DNA of 64,000 bases from Bugula neritina (Eukaryota; Animalia; Bryozoa). The notes beneath the pieces were generated by a model. That model saw nothing but the letters and a program-made list of their open reading frames with translations. It searched no databases and was not told where the DNA came from. The translations under genes were made by a program, and so were the position numbers. This document shows positions 1 through 12,990 of this stretch, in pieces. The stretch spans positions 13,382,642-13,446,641 of the forward strand of contig OZ037770.1 of assembly GCA_964035545.1 (NCBI GenBank), in the 5' to 3' direction. Within the stretch, counting starts at the first letter, position 1. Each line of letters starts with the position of its first letter.

Positions 1-3000
1 GCTCCTGGTCGGTTTGCCGTGTCCCACCAAGCCGGTAATTCAGTAGCTGTGTATAATACATTGTGGTAGGCATAGACTGGCTTGTTGATCACACTAATAA
101 GATGTAGCTTGTGTAGCGTGTGAATAATTCCTTTAAAGTGGTTGTAAATGTAAATGTGCCAAACTATTCTATGGTTTGCTTAGCCTCAGCTCTACTTTAT
201 AGGCGTCCCGATTCAGCCAGTACATTCTCAGTCTTTACCATTGTCTGTCAAACACGAAGTATCTACACCATCTTTTCAAGGTTGGTCTTTTTTCTGTCTC
301 TGGTCTGTATTCTGTAACTTTATGCTGTCTGCAAGGTGTTTAATGCTGTCATGCGGTATTGTAGCTCACCATTCCAAACAGCCAATCAGCTTCTCTGACC
401 AGCTAAGCACGTCCGCCAACAATGCCACAGAAAGATCCCTCACCGACTATAATACAGCTGGACCAATGGCAAGAAATAGCTATATAGTGTCACATGATAT
501 TTCTAATGGACAAGTGTCACAAGGCGCCCCTGAATTGGTCACTATCAACGGTGTCGAATACCAACAAGTGCCCTCATCTAGAGTACCACCTGCCAGTAGC
601 ACTCAACTTCCTGTTACGAGCGGCTCTCTAATAGTGCCAGAATTTCAGAGTTTCCAACAAGCACCTGCCACTGGTTGTCAGCAATCACCTGCCACCACTG
701 AGTTCTTTGGGTCACCAACAATACATCAGCAAGCACTTGCTGGACCTCATCAACCAACACTCTATGCTACAGGAAGCAGCCAACAGCTACCTTCTCCCGC
801 CAATCAGCAAACGCGGTCTTACTTGTCCAACTCCAAGACTATACCAGAAACTAATAATCAGTGTAGTCCAGTAACTGCTGGCTCTCAGCCACACCCACCC
901 TCAGCTGTTTCTCAACAAGCACCTGCCTCAACTAATCCGTATTGTCAGTCACTTGCTCTTGGTCACCAGCAGGCAAACACTGACACTTCTCAACAACCAC
1001 TTAATGGAAATTCTCAGCAATCGCCTGCCACTGGTTATCAACAAGCACCTGCCACTGGTTATCAGCAAGCACCCGCCTCTGGTTATCAGCAAGCACCCGC
1101 CTCTGGTTATCAGCAAGCACCTGCCACTGGTTATAAGCAAGCACCCGCCTCTGGTTATCAGCAAGCACCCGCCTCTGGTTATCAGCAAGCACCTGCCTCT
1201 GGTTATCAGCAAGCACATGCCACTAGTTATCAAAAGTCACCTGCCACTGATCACCAACAAACACCTGCCACTAGTTATCAAAAGTCACCTGCCACTGCAT
1301 ATCAACCATCACCTGTGACTGGTTATCAACAAGCACCTGCCGCTGGTTATCAAAAGTCACCTGTCACTGGTTATCATCAAGCACCTGTCACTGATTGTCA
1401 AAAGTCACCTGCCACTGGTAACCAGCAAACACCTGTGAGCGGACAGCAGTATTCCCCTGTTGTAGGTTATCAACAAGCACCTGTAAGTGGACATCAATAT
1501 TCATCCATTGTAGATTCTCAGCAGGCACCTGTTTCTGTCTATCAACAGACACCTGCTGCTTCTTTTCAGCAGACGCCTACATCAGGCTACCAACAAGCTG
1601 CAGTTGGCAAAAATATATTTCAGAATTCCTGTGCTGATGGCAAGGATTATTCTCAAGATGCTGGCGCTTGGTCCATGCCAGGTGTGTCAGGAAGAGGTGG
1701 TGAGACGGCCGCTGACGCAGGATACAGCGCAATGCTGCCGTACAAACAGGGTCAGCTGGGCAAGGTGACTCAGCCTCCCATCTACACGTCTACACCGGTG
1801 CTGGAGCAGGTGGCAGAGCCTCGGCGTCTGGCACCCACGCAGCAGGCCCATAGCCAATCAGGAGAGAGACAGCCAAGAGAGAGCCAATCAGGAGAGAAAC
1901 AACGTGGATTGAGCCAATCAGGAGAGAGACAGCATGGAGAGAACCAAACAGGAGATCCTGTATATGAAGTGTTAGTCACCTCTAACAGACAGCCTCGTAA
2001 ATCCTACATAGGCAGCGGTGAAGAGTTGACGTCACCAGAGTCGTCTGGCAGTAGACTCGCTGCCGGCGTGTCCCCCGACACTTCTCCTCCGTCTGCTTAC
2101 CTGACCAGACCGGCTGACTTGTACACCAGCACTCAGCCCTCCTTCCCTCACCTGCAAGGTACGTATCTCACCTGCAAGGTACGTATCTCACCTGCAAGGT
2201 ACGTACGGTATATTATCTCACCTGCAAGGTACGTATCTCACCTGCAAGGTACGTATCTCACTTGCAAGGTACGTATCTCACCTGCAAGGTACGTATCTCA
2301 CCTGCAAGGTACGTATCTCACCTGCAAGGTACCTATAGCATAATAGAGGCATGTCTTCCGGTCCCTTTTTTCATTTTCAACTATAAGATTTGAGTTCATT
2401 TGTCTGTGCATCTTTAATAGATGTAAGTTTCCTTCACCATATTGAGTTGTACGCCATCATGTCACCGTCTGGTAGTGTAGACAATACCATACTTCCTGTT
2501 CACAGAGCAGCGGCTGTCAAACCTGCCCCCACCCGAGGAGTTGCCCTCCACCCGAGGCCCCCTCTACGCCGTCAGTGACCTCATCAACTACGAACTGCTC
2601 AAGAAGCAGAACGAGGAGAGTCTCACAATACTCAGCGGACTGGAGGCCAGAATACAGGGCAGACTCGATAGGTTTACCGCCGCCTCGCCACTTGAGGTGA
2701 GTGCATAGGTTTGCTACTGCCTTGCCACCTTTTCAAGTGAACAGAGCTCGCTCTATCTTTGTTCTGTTAGCTGATTGGTTGGTCTTAATAAGTGTCGGGA
2801 GTTCTCATTGGCTCTCAACTTGTAGTATCTGTATCTGTCCATGTGTTTATTTTGTACAGCGCTATAAGGTGAGGAGTTGTCGTACCTGTGCTACTCAGCT
2901 TTACCTATTTTCTGAAACATTTTCCTTCCCGATAAGTTGTGTTGGCTCACCAGGGGTTTGATATCAGTTTGGTGCATGACCTATCTTTTGTATGGGACTT

Positions 3001-4501
3001 TGTGATTGGCTACCCTTTTGCAGTCATGTGATTCAATGCTCGGTGTGCTACTGGTTACTGGGAGTAAAGTGGAATCTAAGCTCTTTGACAGTATATATCT
3101 GCAGTAAATTTACAGTGTATATCTGCAGTAAATTTACAGTGTATATCTGCAGTAAATTGCTTCTGAAATATGATTTCTAAGCTTCTGTATTCCCAGCTAT
3201 TGTTGATAAATCTGTTATTCTTTAAGTATTCGGTGTTTAGTTCAGTAGTTGGGTTATTGTGGAACTCTGAAGCTACAGTGTGGGTGCTGTAAGCCTCGTC
3301 TTCAAGAACTTGCGCTATCTCCTTGACCTGTTTGTCACTAGCTGCCTGATTCACGTTATATGGCCACGTTTTGCGATATATTCCCGGTAAAAGCAACTCT
3401 TGAATAAAGTGTGACTACAGTGTGCTCTTGTGTGTGGGAGGAGTGATTTAACTCGTCTTTCTCTCACAGGACATGGAGTGGTGCACGCTGAAGGAGTTGA
3501 AGGCTTGCGCCGACAATCTCAGACACACTCTGTTTGCCGAGAAGAAGCATATTACCATGTTCTACATCAGGGAACTTCCGGATAACAAGGGACCCAAGGT
3601 AAAGTGAATACTACTGCTAGACAGATTTGAACTGCATGTGAGATGCATATACCATGAACATGAGTTCTCTTGTTTTGTGATCATTCTATGTATGCCACTT
3701 TGTATATTAAAGTTGTACTTTGTTGTTCTGCTGCGTATATTGGAGTTATGTTATCTCTTTTAGCTCTGAGTATTCCATTGTAATCTACTATGTCGTAGAT
3801 TCATTTCGTGTCTTCCTATTTTACAATTTATAGGTTGGAGTTATCTCTCTTTCTATGCTAAATGTTGTGTGTTGTAGTATGAGGAGATGCTGAGGGCCTA
3901 CAAGATGTTAGAGTCACGATACCAGTGGGCGAAAGGGCAGCTGATGGAACTGATGAAAGCGACTAAACTGGACGAGGATCTCGTTGCTCAAAGTACGTTT
4001 CCTGTTTAACATTTCTCTCTCTTCTGTAACATCTGACACATGTGATAAAGATATAGGGCAGACAAAATATTTCAAGATAAGGCTGAATGAAAAGATGCCT
4101 GCCTGAATATAAAATCTTTTAAATAAATTTTTGCATAAATTGAGCTTTGCTTTTCTTGGTAATATTTTTCTTTTAAAAAGTTATACCTCTCATATCAACA
4201 AATGTTTGAGCTTCCTGTACGGTGCTACGGTATGTTAGGGTCAAGCACTGCTTGATTCAAACAAGTTGCGGCGGGCTCTTGTTCGACAGAAAAACTTTTG
4301 CGTTAACTCATGGGATATAATGATACTAGGAAAACCCTCAATTAACAATTCCCTTTACGTGCTTGTTCTATATGTTATCATGTAAAACCTCTATTGTTTA
4401 TTCTCATAGTGAAACGAGTGAAGTCCATACTGAAAGCTAGCAAAGAAAACATCAAAGCCAAGTCTTATACTGCGACAGCGCTCAAGCAAAAGTTGGTGTA
4501 A
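1..4501 (+). CDS. 5'-truncated multi-exon gene, unknown protein: Q/S/Y/P-rich repeat region plus a helical, basic C-terminal region
   Basis: Phase-consistent GT-AG exons 1-34, 365-2158, 2506-2696, 3470-3598, 3878-3992, 4410-4501 (TAA). C-terminus reads ...YELLKKQNEESLTILSGLEARIQGRLD...DMEWCTLKELKACADNLRHTLF...YEEMLRAYKMLESRYQWAKG...MKRVKSILKASKENIKAKSYTATALKQKLV*. No family recognised. Confidence 0.75.
1015..1600 (+). repeat. Coding 24-bp minisatellite encoding (T/S)GYQQAPA octapeptides
   Basis: Near-perfect ctggttatcagcaagcacc(c/t)gcc(t/a) units at about 1030-1220, decaying to YQKSPAT variants downstream. Confidence 0.95.
2147..2332 (+). repeat. 20-bp tandem repeat containing the exon end and splice donor (TCTCACCTGCAAG|GTACGTA)
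   Basis: Nine CAAG|GTAC sites ending at 2158, 2178, 2198, 2228, 2248, 2268, 2288, 2308 and 2328. Confidence 0.95.
4199..4320 (-). mobile_element. Degenerate internal fragment of the MITE at 50688-50981
   Basis: The reverse complement of about 50803-50924 aligns colinearly (gagcttcctgtacggt...tcaagcactgcttgattcaaa...gacagaaaaactt...gcgttaa). Confidence 0.85.
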
Positions 4502-5180
4502 ATCAAACGTCCTCCTCGTGTAATTCCTTACCATTGTGAAGCTATGAATGTGTTATCGTGAAGCTATGAACATGTCATCCGGTATATGTATGATGTCTAC
4601 TGCGTTTAGTTTTATTTTTATTTTTAATTATTGATGTCGGTAGCTTTCATTTAGTAAACCTACATTTAAATTCATTTTCTTTGATTCGCATGTATATAGT
4701 ATATAAGCTCCATCAAAACAATCCCCATGTCAGCATTATTTATCAGCGTGATATTTTCATAAAAATGTGGAACATTTATTTATTTTTGTCAACTTCTGAT
4801 ATAGCCTTGTAGTGGTTTTTGCTGCCTCAAAATAAAATCATAGACATCTCAAGAACAGCGTTCAATTTGTGTTAGTGAATAGTACAGACGTACTAATGAA
4901 TAGCTAAAATAGCATAGCTTTTAATCAAACATATAAATATCTCTAAGACTCAAAAATATCAAGAGTCATTTTAAAATTTAATGGACGTTTTGAAATTGTA
5001 AGTTGATTCATTCTTTAAATTGACAATCGTAACAATTGATATTGTTTGGAGCAACAATAAAAAGTCGCATATTTTGAAAATAATTTGTATAATACTGTCT
5101 AAAAAATCAAATTTTTGAAGTTCCGTGTAAATTTCATATCCAGCACAGCTTTCGGTTACATTTTATGTGCATCAGTCAAA

Positions 5181-7095
5181 ATGCACTGCTATTGGTCAGG
5201 ACTTGTGGTTGTGATAATAGTGCAGCCAATCACCTCTCAGAGTAATAATGCCACATCAGGTAAGGTGTAAGGACCATCTACATCAAACACAGTTATATAT
5301 ATATATATTATAATATATAATATAATATATATATATTATATAATATATATATATATATATATATTGTGTTTCTGTTAGCCCATCTCTCTGTTATGGTTAC
5401 CAGCGCTGTTCTAGAAATAAGTCCCAATCAGACGGAAGAGGTCGAACCCTCACAGTACTTTTCCAGAGTGTGTATAGTAAGCCTCTACTAACTGTGCTAC
5501 CACACGGTCTAGCTCTGCTAACGGCTGAATAGCAACATATTTCGACTGATACTTTGTTCTGCCCTACACAGGATGTCCTAGACAGTGTCACTCACAAGCC
5601 TGAAAAGTTGTTAGTGCTTGCTGTACACCATTAAACGAGTAGTTAAAATGATGGGCGTTAATGTAAAAGCACAACCTAATTTCTTTCATTTTGTGTACAA
5701 ATATCACTTAGGTTGAGAAATCTATGAAAGGTTCCCTATATCATGTAAAATTCATTGATTTTAGTAACAAGTAATGGAAGCTACACTTTGAGTAGTTCCG
5801 CTTTGGCTACAGGTTTCGTCACAACATCAAACACAGCATCAAACACAACGCAGAAACACAATGTCACCGCTACTATGCCAATGGTGTCAACCACAAAACC
5901 CACAGCTAGTTCTACATTAGTGCAAACATTAGCAATCCAAACGACTACACCACCAACAACTACACTATCAACAACTACACTACCAACAACTACCCTACAA
6001 ACAACTACACTACCAACAACTACACTACCAACAACCACACTACAAACAACTACATTACCAACAACTACATTACCAACAACTACATTACCAACAACTACAC
6101 TACCAACAACTACACTACCAACGACTACATTACCAGCAGTTACACCACAAACAACTACATTACCAACAACTACACTACAAACAACTACGTTACCACCACC
6201 TACATTACCAATAAATGTATTAGCAACAACAACCCCACTACCAATATTTATACTACCAACAGCTACCCAAAACTTCATTTCTAACAGACAAACTACTAAA
6301 GGCACACTACCACCAACTACAGCACCAACAACAACTAGACTAAAAGTAACTACAACAAGGTCTACTGCAGCACCAGTAACTACTCCAACAACTAAAGAAA
6401 CAACAAGTGCAAGACAAGCAACTACAACTAAACCAGTAACTACTCCTCTGATAACGGACGCAAGGCCCACAAGCACACCCAGAACAACAACAACTACGCT
6501 CCTCCCTCCTATACAAGTAAACGAAATTGTTGTCACGAGAAAACTGTACAATGCATCAATGACCTTTACCTACTTCTCGGGAATGATATTTGGCTTTTTA
6601 TCGCTGATACTAGTCTACGTACGTTTAGTTTACATGAAGAGGCCTCGCCATCGATTTTATGATCAGAATAACCCGTATCTACCGAGTCAAGAAGACAAAA
6701 CATCTCTGCATGTAGATCCCTGGTTCTACTACAGGCTGTTTGGTCAAAAACCTCGAACGGAGAAGACGAGATCCAAGGCAGCTACAAGCTCACCACAGCA
6801 AGATGACAATGACCCTGAATATGAAGGTCAACAGGCCAGTGAGGGAGATGTCTTGTCGGCCAAGTCTATGTCTGTTAGAAACCCTTTGTTTGCGCCGCAA
6901 GCGGCATCTTCCACTGTTCATTACGTCGCTCAACAAAGCAACGGTACCTCTTTCCTTCCCTCAGAGAATGTTCAGTTGTCTGCTCCTTACAACGGGGAAT
7001 CTACTGAACAGTTTGCCAGTAAATCTCATACGAAACGCAGAAAGAGAAGAGGTTCTAAACATGCGGGCAAGAGCAGGAGACCAAAGAAACATTGA
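5181..7095 (+). CDS. Mucin-like type I single-pass membrane protein
   Basis: Exon 5181-5259 (MHCYWSGLVVVIIVQPITSQ, signal-peptide-like, phase 1) joins in frame to exon 5765-7095. It has a Thr/Pro-rich TTLPT repeat stalk, a TM helix (FTYFSGMIFGFLSLILVYVRLVYM) followed by KRPRHR, and a basic C-tail. AATAAA at about 7238. Confidence 0.8.
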
Positions 7096-7669
7096 TCTCT
7101 CTTTCTCAGCAACAACAGTCTTTTTGACCATATTAATAATTACTGCAGCTATAAATAGTAAATTACTCTGTTGGTGTAAAGTTGATATATTTTATGTTGA
7201 CTTCCATCTTGCAATATTGAGTTTTTATATTCTTAATAATAAACCAATAGCAAAGTTGTGAGAAACTATTTGAATACTTGTGTTTGTCTTTTTCTAAACT
7301 GTCAAGAACAGCAACATCTGGTGCAAATTGGCAATAACACTTACTAACATGAATTTTAACAAATCTTATGTTTTGAAAAAATTTGGGAGATATTTCTTTC
7401 CAATAATTATTTTCTAAATTTTAATTTTCGGCCAGGTACTAAGTTATAAAACAAGCAAAAAGAAAAGTTTACAAAATAACTTTTTATTTTGAAGTTGCGT
7501 CTGCATAAGCTTGTTAATTAGAAATCATCCAGCTGATACTGAAGCTAAAGTCAACTAGACAACTAAACATAATTATGATTATAATATATTTCTATGGGAA
7601 AAACAATGTTATACTAGTAAAAATGTTTATTGATCGAAGCATTAAATAGAAAACGATTTTCAATATAGT

Positions 7670-10600
7670 TTAGTAAGGAACTTCAATTTCACAGCCTTTT
7701 TTGCAAGACTCTTCTAGTGCTGTAGCTATTTTAGACACATTGATCGCACTTTCTTTGGATATTTCAATACTCTCTTCACCTGAAATTATATAATTTATAT
7801 CACAATCAAACATAATAAATACTATGTGAAATATATATTATATAATATACAATTGTACTTGCATTAAAATTTCAAAAGTAAAGTCAAAAGTTAAAATGAA
7901 GTAAAGTCTCTATATAAATAAACTATAACTTTATAATATCTAGGGGTTAAAGCGTTCGCTTTGTGAACACGAAGCCATGGGTTCAAGCCTGGACAAAGAC
8001 CATTGGTAATGTTAAGAAGGGCATCCAGTCATAATTGCTCCTGTGCCATATCTAAACAAGTCCGTAGCCCGTTCTAACAAAACCCTTTCCATCAGAGGTT
8101 TCTCACAGGGATAGCGACTATAAACTTGCGTGAGTTTTAAACTTGCGTCAGTCTTTATTATGGCCTATTGACCGAATCACTCGCACCTTTTACTGCTCGA
8201 CAGAAATGTTGAAGCGCGTGGATGTAGCTGAGCTCGTACCGATCGGCAAATGAGTTGTACATTCTGCCCATGGACTGGCCATTCAGCTCCTCTTTAATCA
8301 TGTTACTCGGTCGCTGGTTCTGGTTTAGGAACATTCCATTTGTTCCAAACACCTGCATAAATCACAACCAACCAATCAAAAACGTCTATACAAGCAACAA
8401 AATGAAATTATCTATATTGAAAAAAATTTGGTATTCACACCAGAGGTGTTCACTTAGCTCATACAACATATAGTCTAAATTTAGAAAGCCGTTGATGTGA
8501 TACGTGAATATAATCTCAAAGTTCATGCATTGCCAGATCCTACTTGTCTATAGAAAATTTTTTTTAAAAATTATAGAAATTATTTTACTTTATGTTTTGG
8601 AAAACAGGTTTAAACCAATTTGCGAATACAACTGAATTTGATTAAATTTCACAGCTTCAAAAAATCGCAACCATGATGATAAAGTATGAATTTACTTCAC
8701 ATCGCTGATCGTAACCATAGCGACTATCTCTGCTAGTATCAATAATAGCCAAAGCTCCACTTTCAAACTTCAGGATCGCTGCAACTATGTCTACATCATC
8801 CATTTCTTTAATGGCATCGTTGTGGGCGTGGGTGGTAGCATATACCCGTTTGGGGTATTCTCCCAGAATCCAGCATGCTGCGTCGATGTCATGCACAAGA
8901 CAGTCATGGAACACTCCACCTTTCAACAAGCAGCAGAAATATTATTAGAGCAGACGAATCCAACAAAATTACGTAACTGATTTCCTGAATACATTCTGCT
9001 CTAATAAAATGAAATAAAAATACAATATTCTAAAAGAAATTACATGCTGTTTTCTCATAGTCACACAAGCTGTGATATATTTGACAAGGTTCAACTAAAT
9101 CAAGTTTGATTAAAGTATGTTATTCTGCATGTGTGTGCCTAATGATTAAAATATAATTATTTAAATGCATAGGATATAGTATATTATGGAATATAATACA
9201 TGCATGCACCCATACACATATTGTAACACTGTGTATAAAGTGTCATATTATGTTATTTTGAAAGTGAATGCAGAATAACAAGAAACTAGCAAGAAAAACA
9301 AATAAAATTTGAGACATTTTCTGCAGATGAAAATCGTATATTATTTTTCTCCAGGGCATGTCTAGTTGATTTTGTAAGTGTTGAATATCCCATGAGCCAG
9401 ACAAACCTGTTTTACTTGACACTGACTATACCTAAGGTCAGCTCCAGTTGCCTGTAAAATAACACCTGCCAGCAGGTGTCGCAATGCACAGCTGACACTT
9501 TAACTGAGGCAGTAAAACAAGCACAAAGAACGACTGCCATGTGCCAGAATTTCATGCGATAAAGATTCATGATCACCGGAAATCTTCAGGTATTCGATTG
9601 GAGGGAAAGGTGAATCCCTGGCACACAACTTCACCATCTGTATTTGACCTAATTCTGCCCTTTCATTGTATAGCTTTCTCAGACTAGGATCATATCTCCT
9701 GCAAGCACATGCACAGAGTGTCACTGGTTAATTAATATTGAATATCCAGTGTCATGTCCCAGATTTTAACCTTTCTCTAGAGGGCAAGTGCACTTAGAGA
9801 GGTATAGTCTAGCTTGAAATAGCAAAAGAGTTTTCTATTTTCAACTACGATAGACACATGGGAATGTTACATGCAATTGTTATAGGCTTAAAAAACACAA
9901 AAACAGGAGAGAACAACTGCCCAATTACAAAAAAAACCTGTTTTAACATGATGGAAATAAATTTGTATATTATAATTATTGTGTTTGTAAACGTTCATTG
10001 TAAAGAGAGGAAAAGCTCTTCTACTATTATTATGTAATATTGACACTATAATATTATGTAATCTTCTACTATTATTATGACATGAATTTAAACATAAAGC
10101 AAGACTTCTAGAATTCAACATAGGCATTGAGGGGGGTCATCTCTCCTCACTTCTTAATATTTTCGTTCTTGGTCTTGCAAGATTTCTGCTGGGTAAGCCA
10201 TAATATTTATATTGTGAGTTTTTGTGAAATTTTTATGTAACATGTGTGTTTATTGGTTCGACAGCTGTGCCCTGTTGCATAACTGTTATATGCTTATCAG
10301 GGATGGCACCAGTTTAACTATGATTAGTTATAGAAATATTAGTTATACTTATAGAAATGTAGATAAGTTACGGGAAATCTCATATAATGAAAATGTGTAG
10401 CATGATGTTTTTGGATGGGGCCATGTGCAATATTAAACTGTGTACTTTGTACTATACAACTGTAGCTATATAGTTAATATTATGTATAACAAGACTAGTT
10501 ATTATGCTCCTACAGTTGAAGGGCATTTACATATTTTTTAGAAATTTGAATCTTGGAAGCATATCACAGGCGGTTAGAAACTGGAACTATTGAAATAAAG

Positions 10601-12990
10601 TTAGGTTATCAATTATCAAGTGACACATATTTGAATATTTTGTTATTAGTAAGTGATATCCAGGTATGGGAAACATTTTAGTGGAGAGGTGAGAGGGCTG
10701 CAGTAAGCTATTCGAGCCAAGTTTTTGTATAGTTATATTCTTCAATTAAAACAGTTTATTTAATAAAAAATAGAAGCTATACCTTTCAGGGGAAGCTAGT
10801 TGTTAGAGCACAGGCTTAATATAAGATGAGCCATGAGTCTCAGTTAATGGTGATGTTACAAGGATTATCCAAGTGAGATTGACATCGTGCCTTAGTGAAA
10901 ACTCTTAGACCAGATTTTCAGCATGATGAGAGGCCTTAGCCCTTAGTCCCATTGTACTCAAGAGTTATCACAGGGGTGAAGGAGGGGTTATCACAAGGGT
11001 GGAGGAGGAGTTATTACAGGGGTGGAGGAGGTTATCACAGTGGTGGAGGAGGGATTCTCACAAGGATGGAGGAGGGGGTTCTTACAGGGGTGGAGGAGGG
11101 GGTTTCTTACAGGGGTGGACAAATATGAATAGAAGTTACCTGTTGAAGGAACAGAAAAGAGGTTTCCCATTGCTCTCTGCTGCCTTGTAACAGTTCAGAG
11201 TGGCTTCTTCTGTGGCAGCAATCGGTTTCTCACAGAAGACACCTTTACCTGCGTTGATTTAAATAATATATAAAATATTTTACCTGCGTTGGTTTAAATA
11301 ATATATAGAATATTTTACCTGCAAGTTTAAATAACCTAAACACTTTTTTACATGCGTTGGTTTGAGCAATGTAATATTGTTACCTAGCTGCATGGCTTAA
11401 ATAATAATTATAGTAGTTTTATCTGCATTATAGGTTTGAAATATATAACATCAGAATTTACCTGTATAGGTAAAATTTTCAAGTACTATAATTTTTAACA
11501 ATTTCCTTCATACCAAAAGCTTTCAGCACAATGTTATTTAACAATTATTCCACATGCTATTATAAAATAAAGAGGAACCCAACTTCACCTATAATTTAAA
11601 ATAGAAATATAAAAAACACTTAGCAGTATATTTTAATAAAAAAGTTCAACATGACTCATGAAAAAATTTTATCATTTATAAAATAGAGTTTGAGATAATT
11701 CTATAGGAAATTGAGTTCAACGAAAAGTTAATTTTTGTCTTATCGGGTATAAAAAACTGAACATGTATCTATTTAATTGTTTTAGGATTTAATATATTAC
11801 CTGCATTGAGTGATTTGAGCACTTGTTCTTCGTGTAGGTTGGTTGGCGTGCACACCATCACAAAGTCAACCCTGAATGTAGTTTAGAAACACAGTATAGC
11901 TCATTATAGATTTGACACTGAAAGAGAGGAATAGAAGTACCAACCCTGCTATACATAAAAAGTGAAAACTTTTGCTAAAATTTTCAGAATAAAAACTCAG
12001 AATACTGAAAACCAGCAATACCATAGAAAAATTTCAAAAGTTAGAATTAATGAAAAGGTCAACATCAAGTTTAAATACTTATATTAACCAATATTAATTC
12101 GGATTTATCAAGGAAAAACTAGCTTCATCAAGAATCTTTAGTGAAATGATCAATGCATGCTGAAATTCATTGTTAACCTTGACAAGTTTACAAGAGGTAA
12201 TTTTTACTCACAAATGCTTTGTTTATTTGAAATGTTACTAGTTGCTACAACAAAGTACAGCATTTCAGCCATTGTATTACTTCTAAAGGGTTTATTCATT
12301 TGCAGACAATCATGAGAAGGCACCGAGGGCATGAACTCAATTTGATCTTATGGAGCAGTTGTGGACAAACTAACCCACCTCTCATCACTTAGCATCTTGT
12401 CCATATCTGAGGGAGTCACGATCTCGCATTGATCTTGATGGTATTTAGTCAGCAGGGTTTGGGCATGCTCAGTGCGAAACTCCACTACGTAGAGTAGCTG
12501 CAAGTCAAAGCTTTTCGCTACATTATCTACAAAACACAATTATTTTTTAAGGCCACAATAAAACGCACTGCTAGAAGACTTCCTGACACACTTCCTTTAT
12601 GCAGCAATAAAATATTGATATATATATCTTAGCTACAATGTGGTTGAGAGTTGTACGCTAAAACAATTTAATTTTATCCCAAATTTTATGCTTAACTTTA
12701 TGCTGACGCTCTGTATTATAAAACTAATACTAATTTAGAATCATTGCTGACATTCACACTACTTTTAACTGCAACACGCTGAGCAGGCTTAAAAGTTTAG
12801 AACTTTCACTCCTAGATTACTGATAAGTCTATCTTCAAAATAAAGCAAACATTTTTTCAACTGACCAGGTCTAGTGAGCGTCGCCATCAAATCATAGCTT
12901 AGAAATCAAGCTAGACCTACCGAGGTGAATAGATCCTGCTCTACCAAGTCCACAAATTCCTACGCCAAGTCTTCTTTCACTGCTTGCCAT
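7670..12990 (-). CDS. myo-inositol 2-dehydrogenase-like oxidoreductase (Gfo/Idh/MocA family), 8 exons
   Basis: Exons at about 12921-12990, 12378-12527, 11801-11871, 11140-11248, 9577-9698, 8697-8919, 8186-8352 and 7670-7779. Motifs: Rossmann GICGLGRAG, CTPTNLH, FCEKP, FNRRYDP, SGGVFHDCLVHDID, YGYDQRCEVFG, as in IolG-type enzymes. Confidence 0.9.
7941..8140 (+). mobile_element. tRNA-derived SINE-like repeat, family A copy 1
   Basis: A-box-like TAGGGGTTAAAGCG and B-box-like GGTTCAAGCC; colinear with an inverted copy at about 37975-38180. Confidence 0.65.
10965..11120. repeat. G-rich 23-bp minisatellite (cacaggggtggaggaggggttat)
   Basis: About six imperfect copies in an intron of the dehydrogenase gene. 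Confidence 0.85.
11244..11472 (-). repeat. Decaying ~35-bp repeat containing the splice acceptor (AACGCAG|GTAAA)
   Basis: Plus-strand tttacctgcgtt recurs with increasing divergence away from the exon boundary at 11248. Confidence 0.8.

Noticed and set aside
241-364. Start of the 700-aa ORF as a true N-terminus
   Set aside because: This stretch lies inside a phase-consistent GT-AG intron (35-364); the gene begins upstream of the window.
949-1318. Alternative-frame and antisense ORFs over the octapeptide repeat
   Set aside because: By-products of a stop-poor 24-bp repeat.
5781-6551. 256-aa Val-rich antisense ORF
   Set aside because: Mirror of the ACN-rich Thr repeat of the mucin gene.
7670-12990. 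Bacterial contamination or recent horizontal transfer of iolG
   Set aside because: Seven spliceosomal introns, a host SINE in an intron and host-like composition show long residence in this genome.
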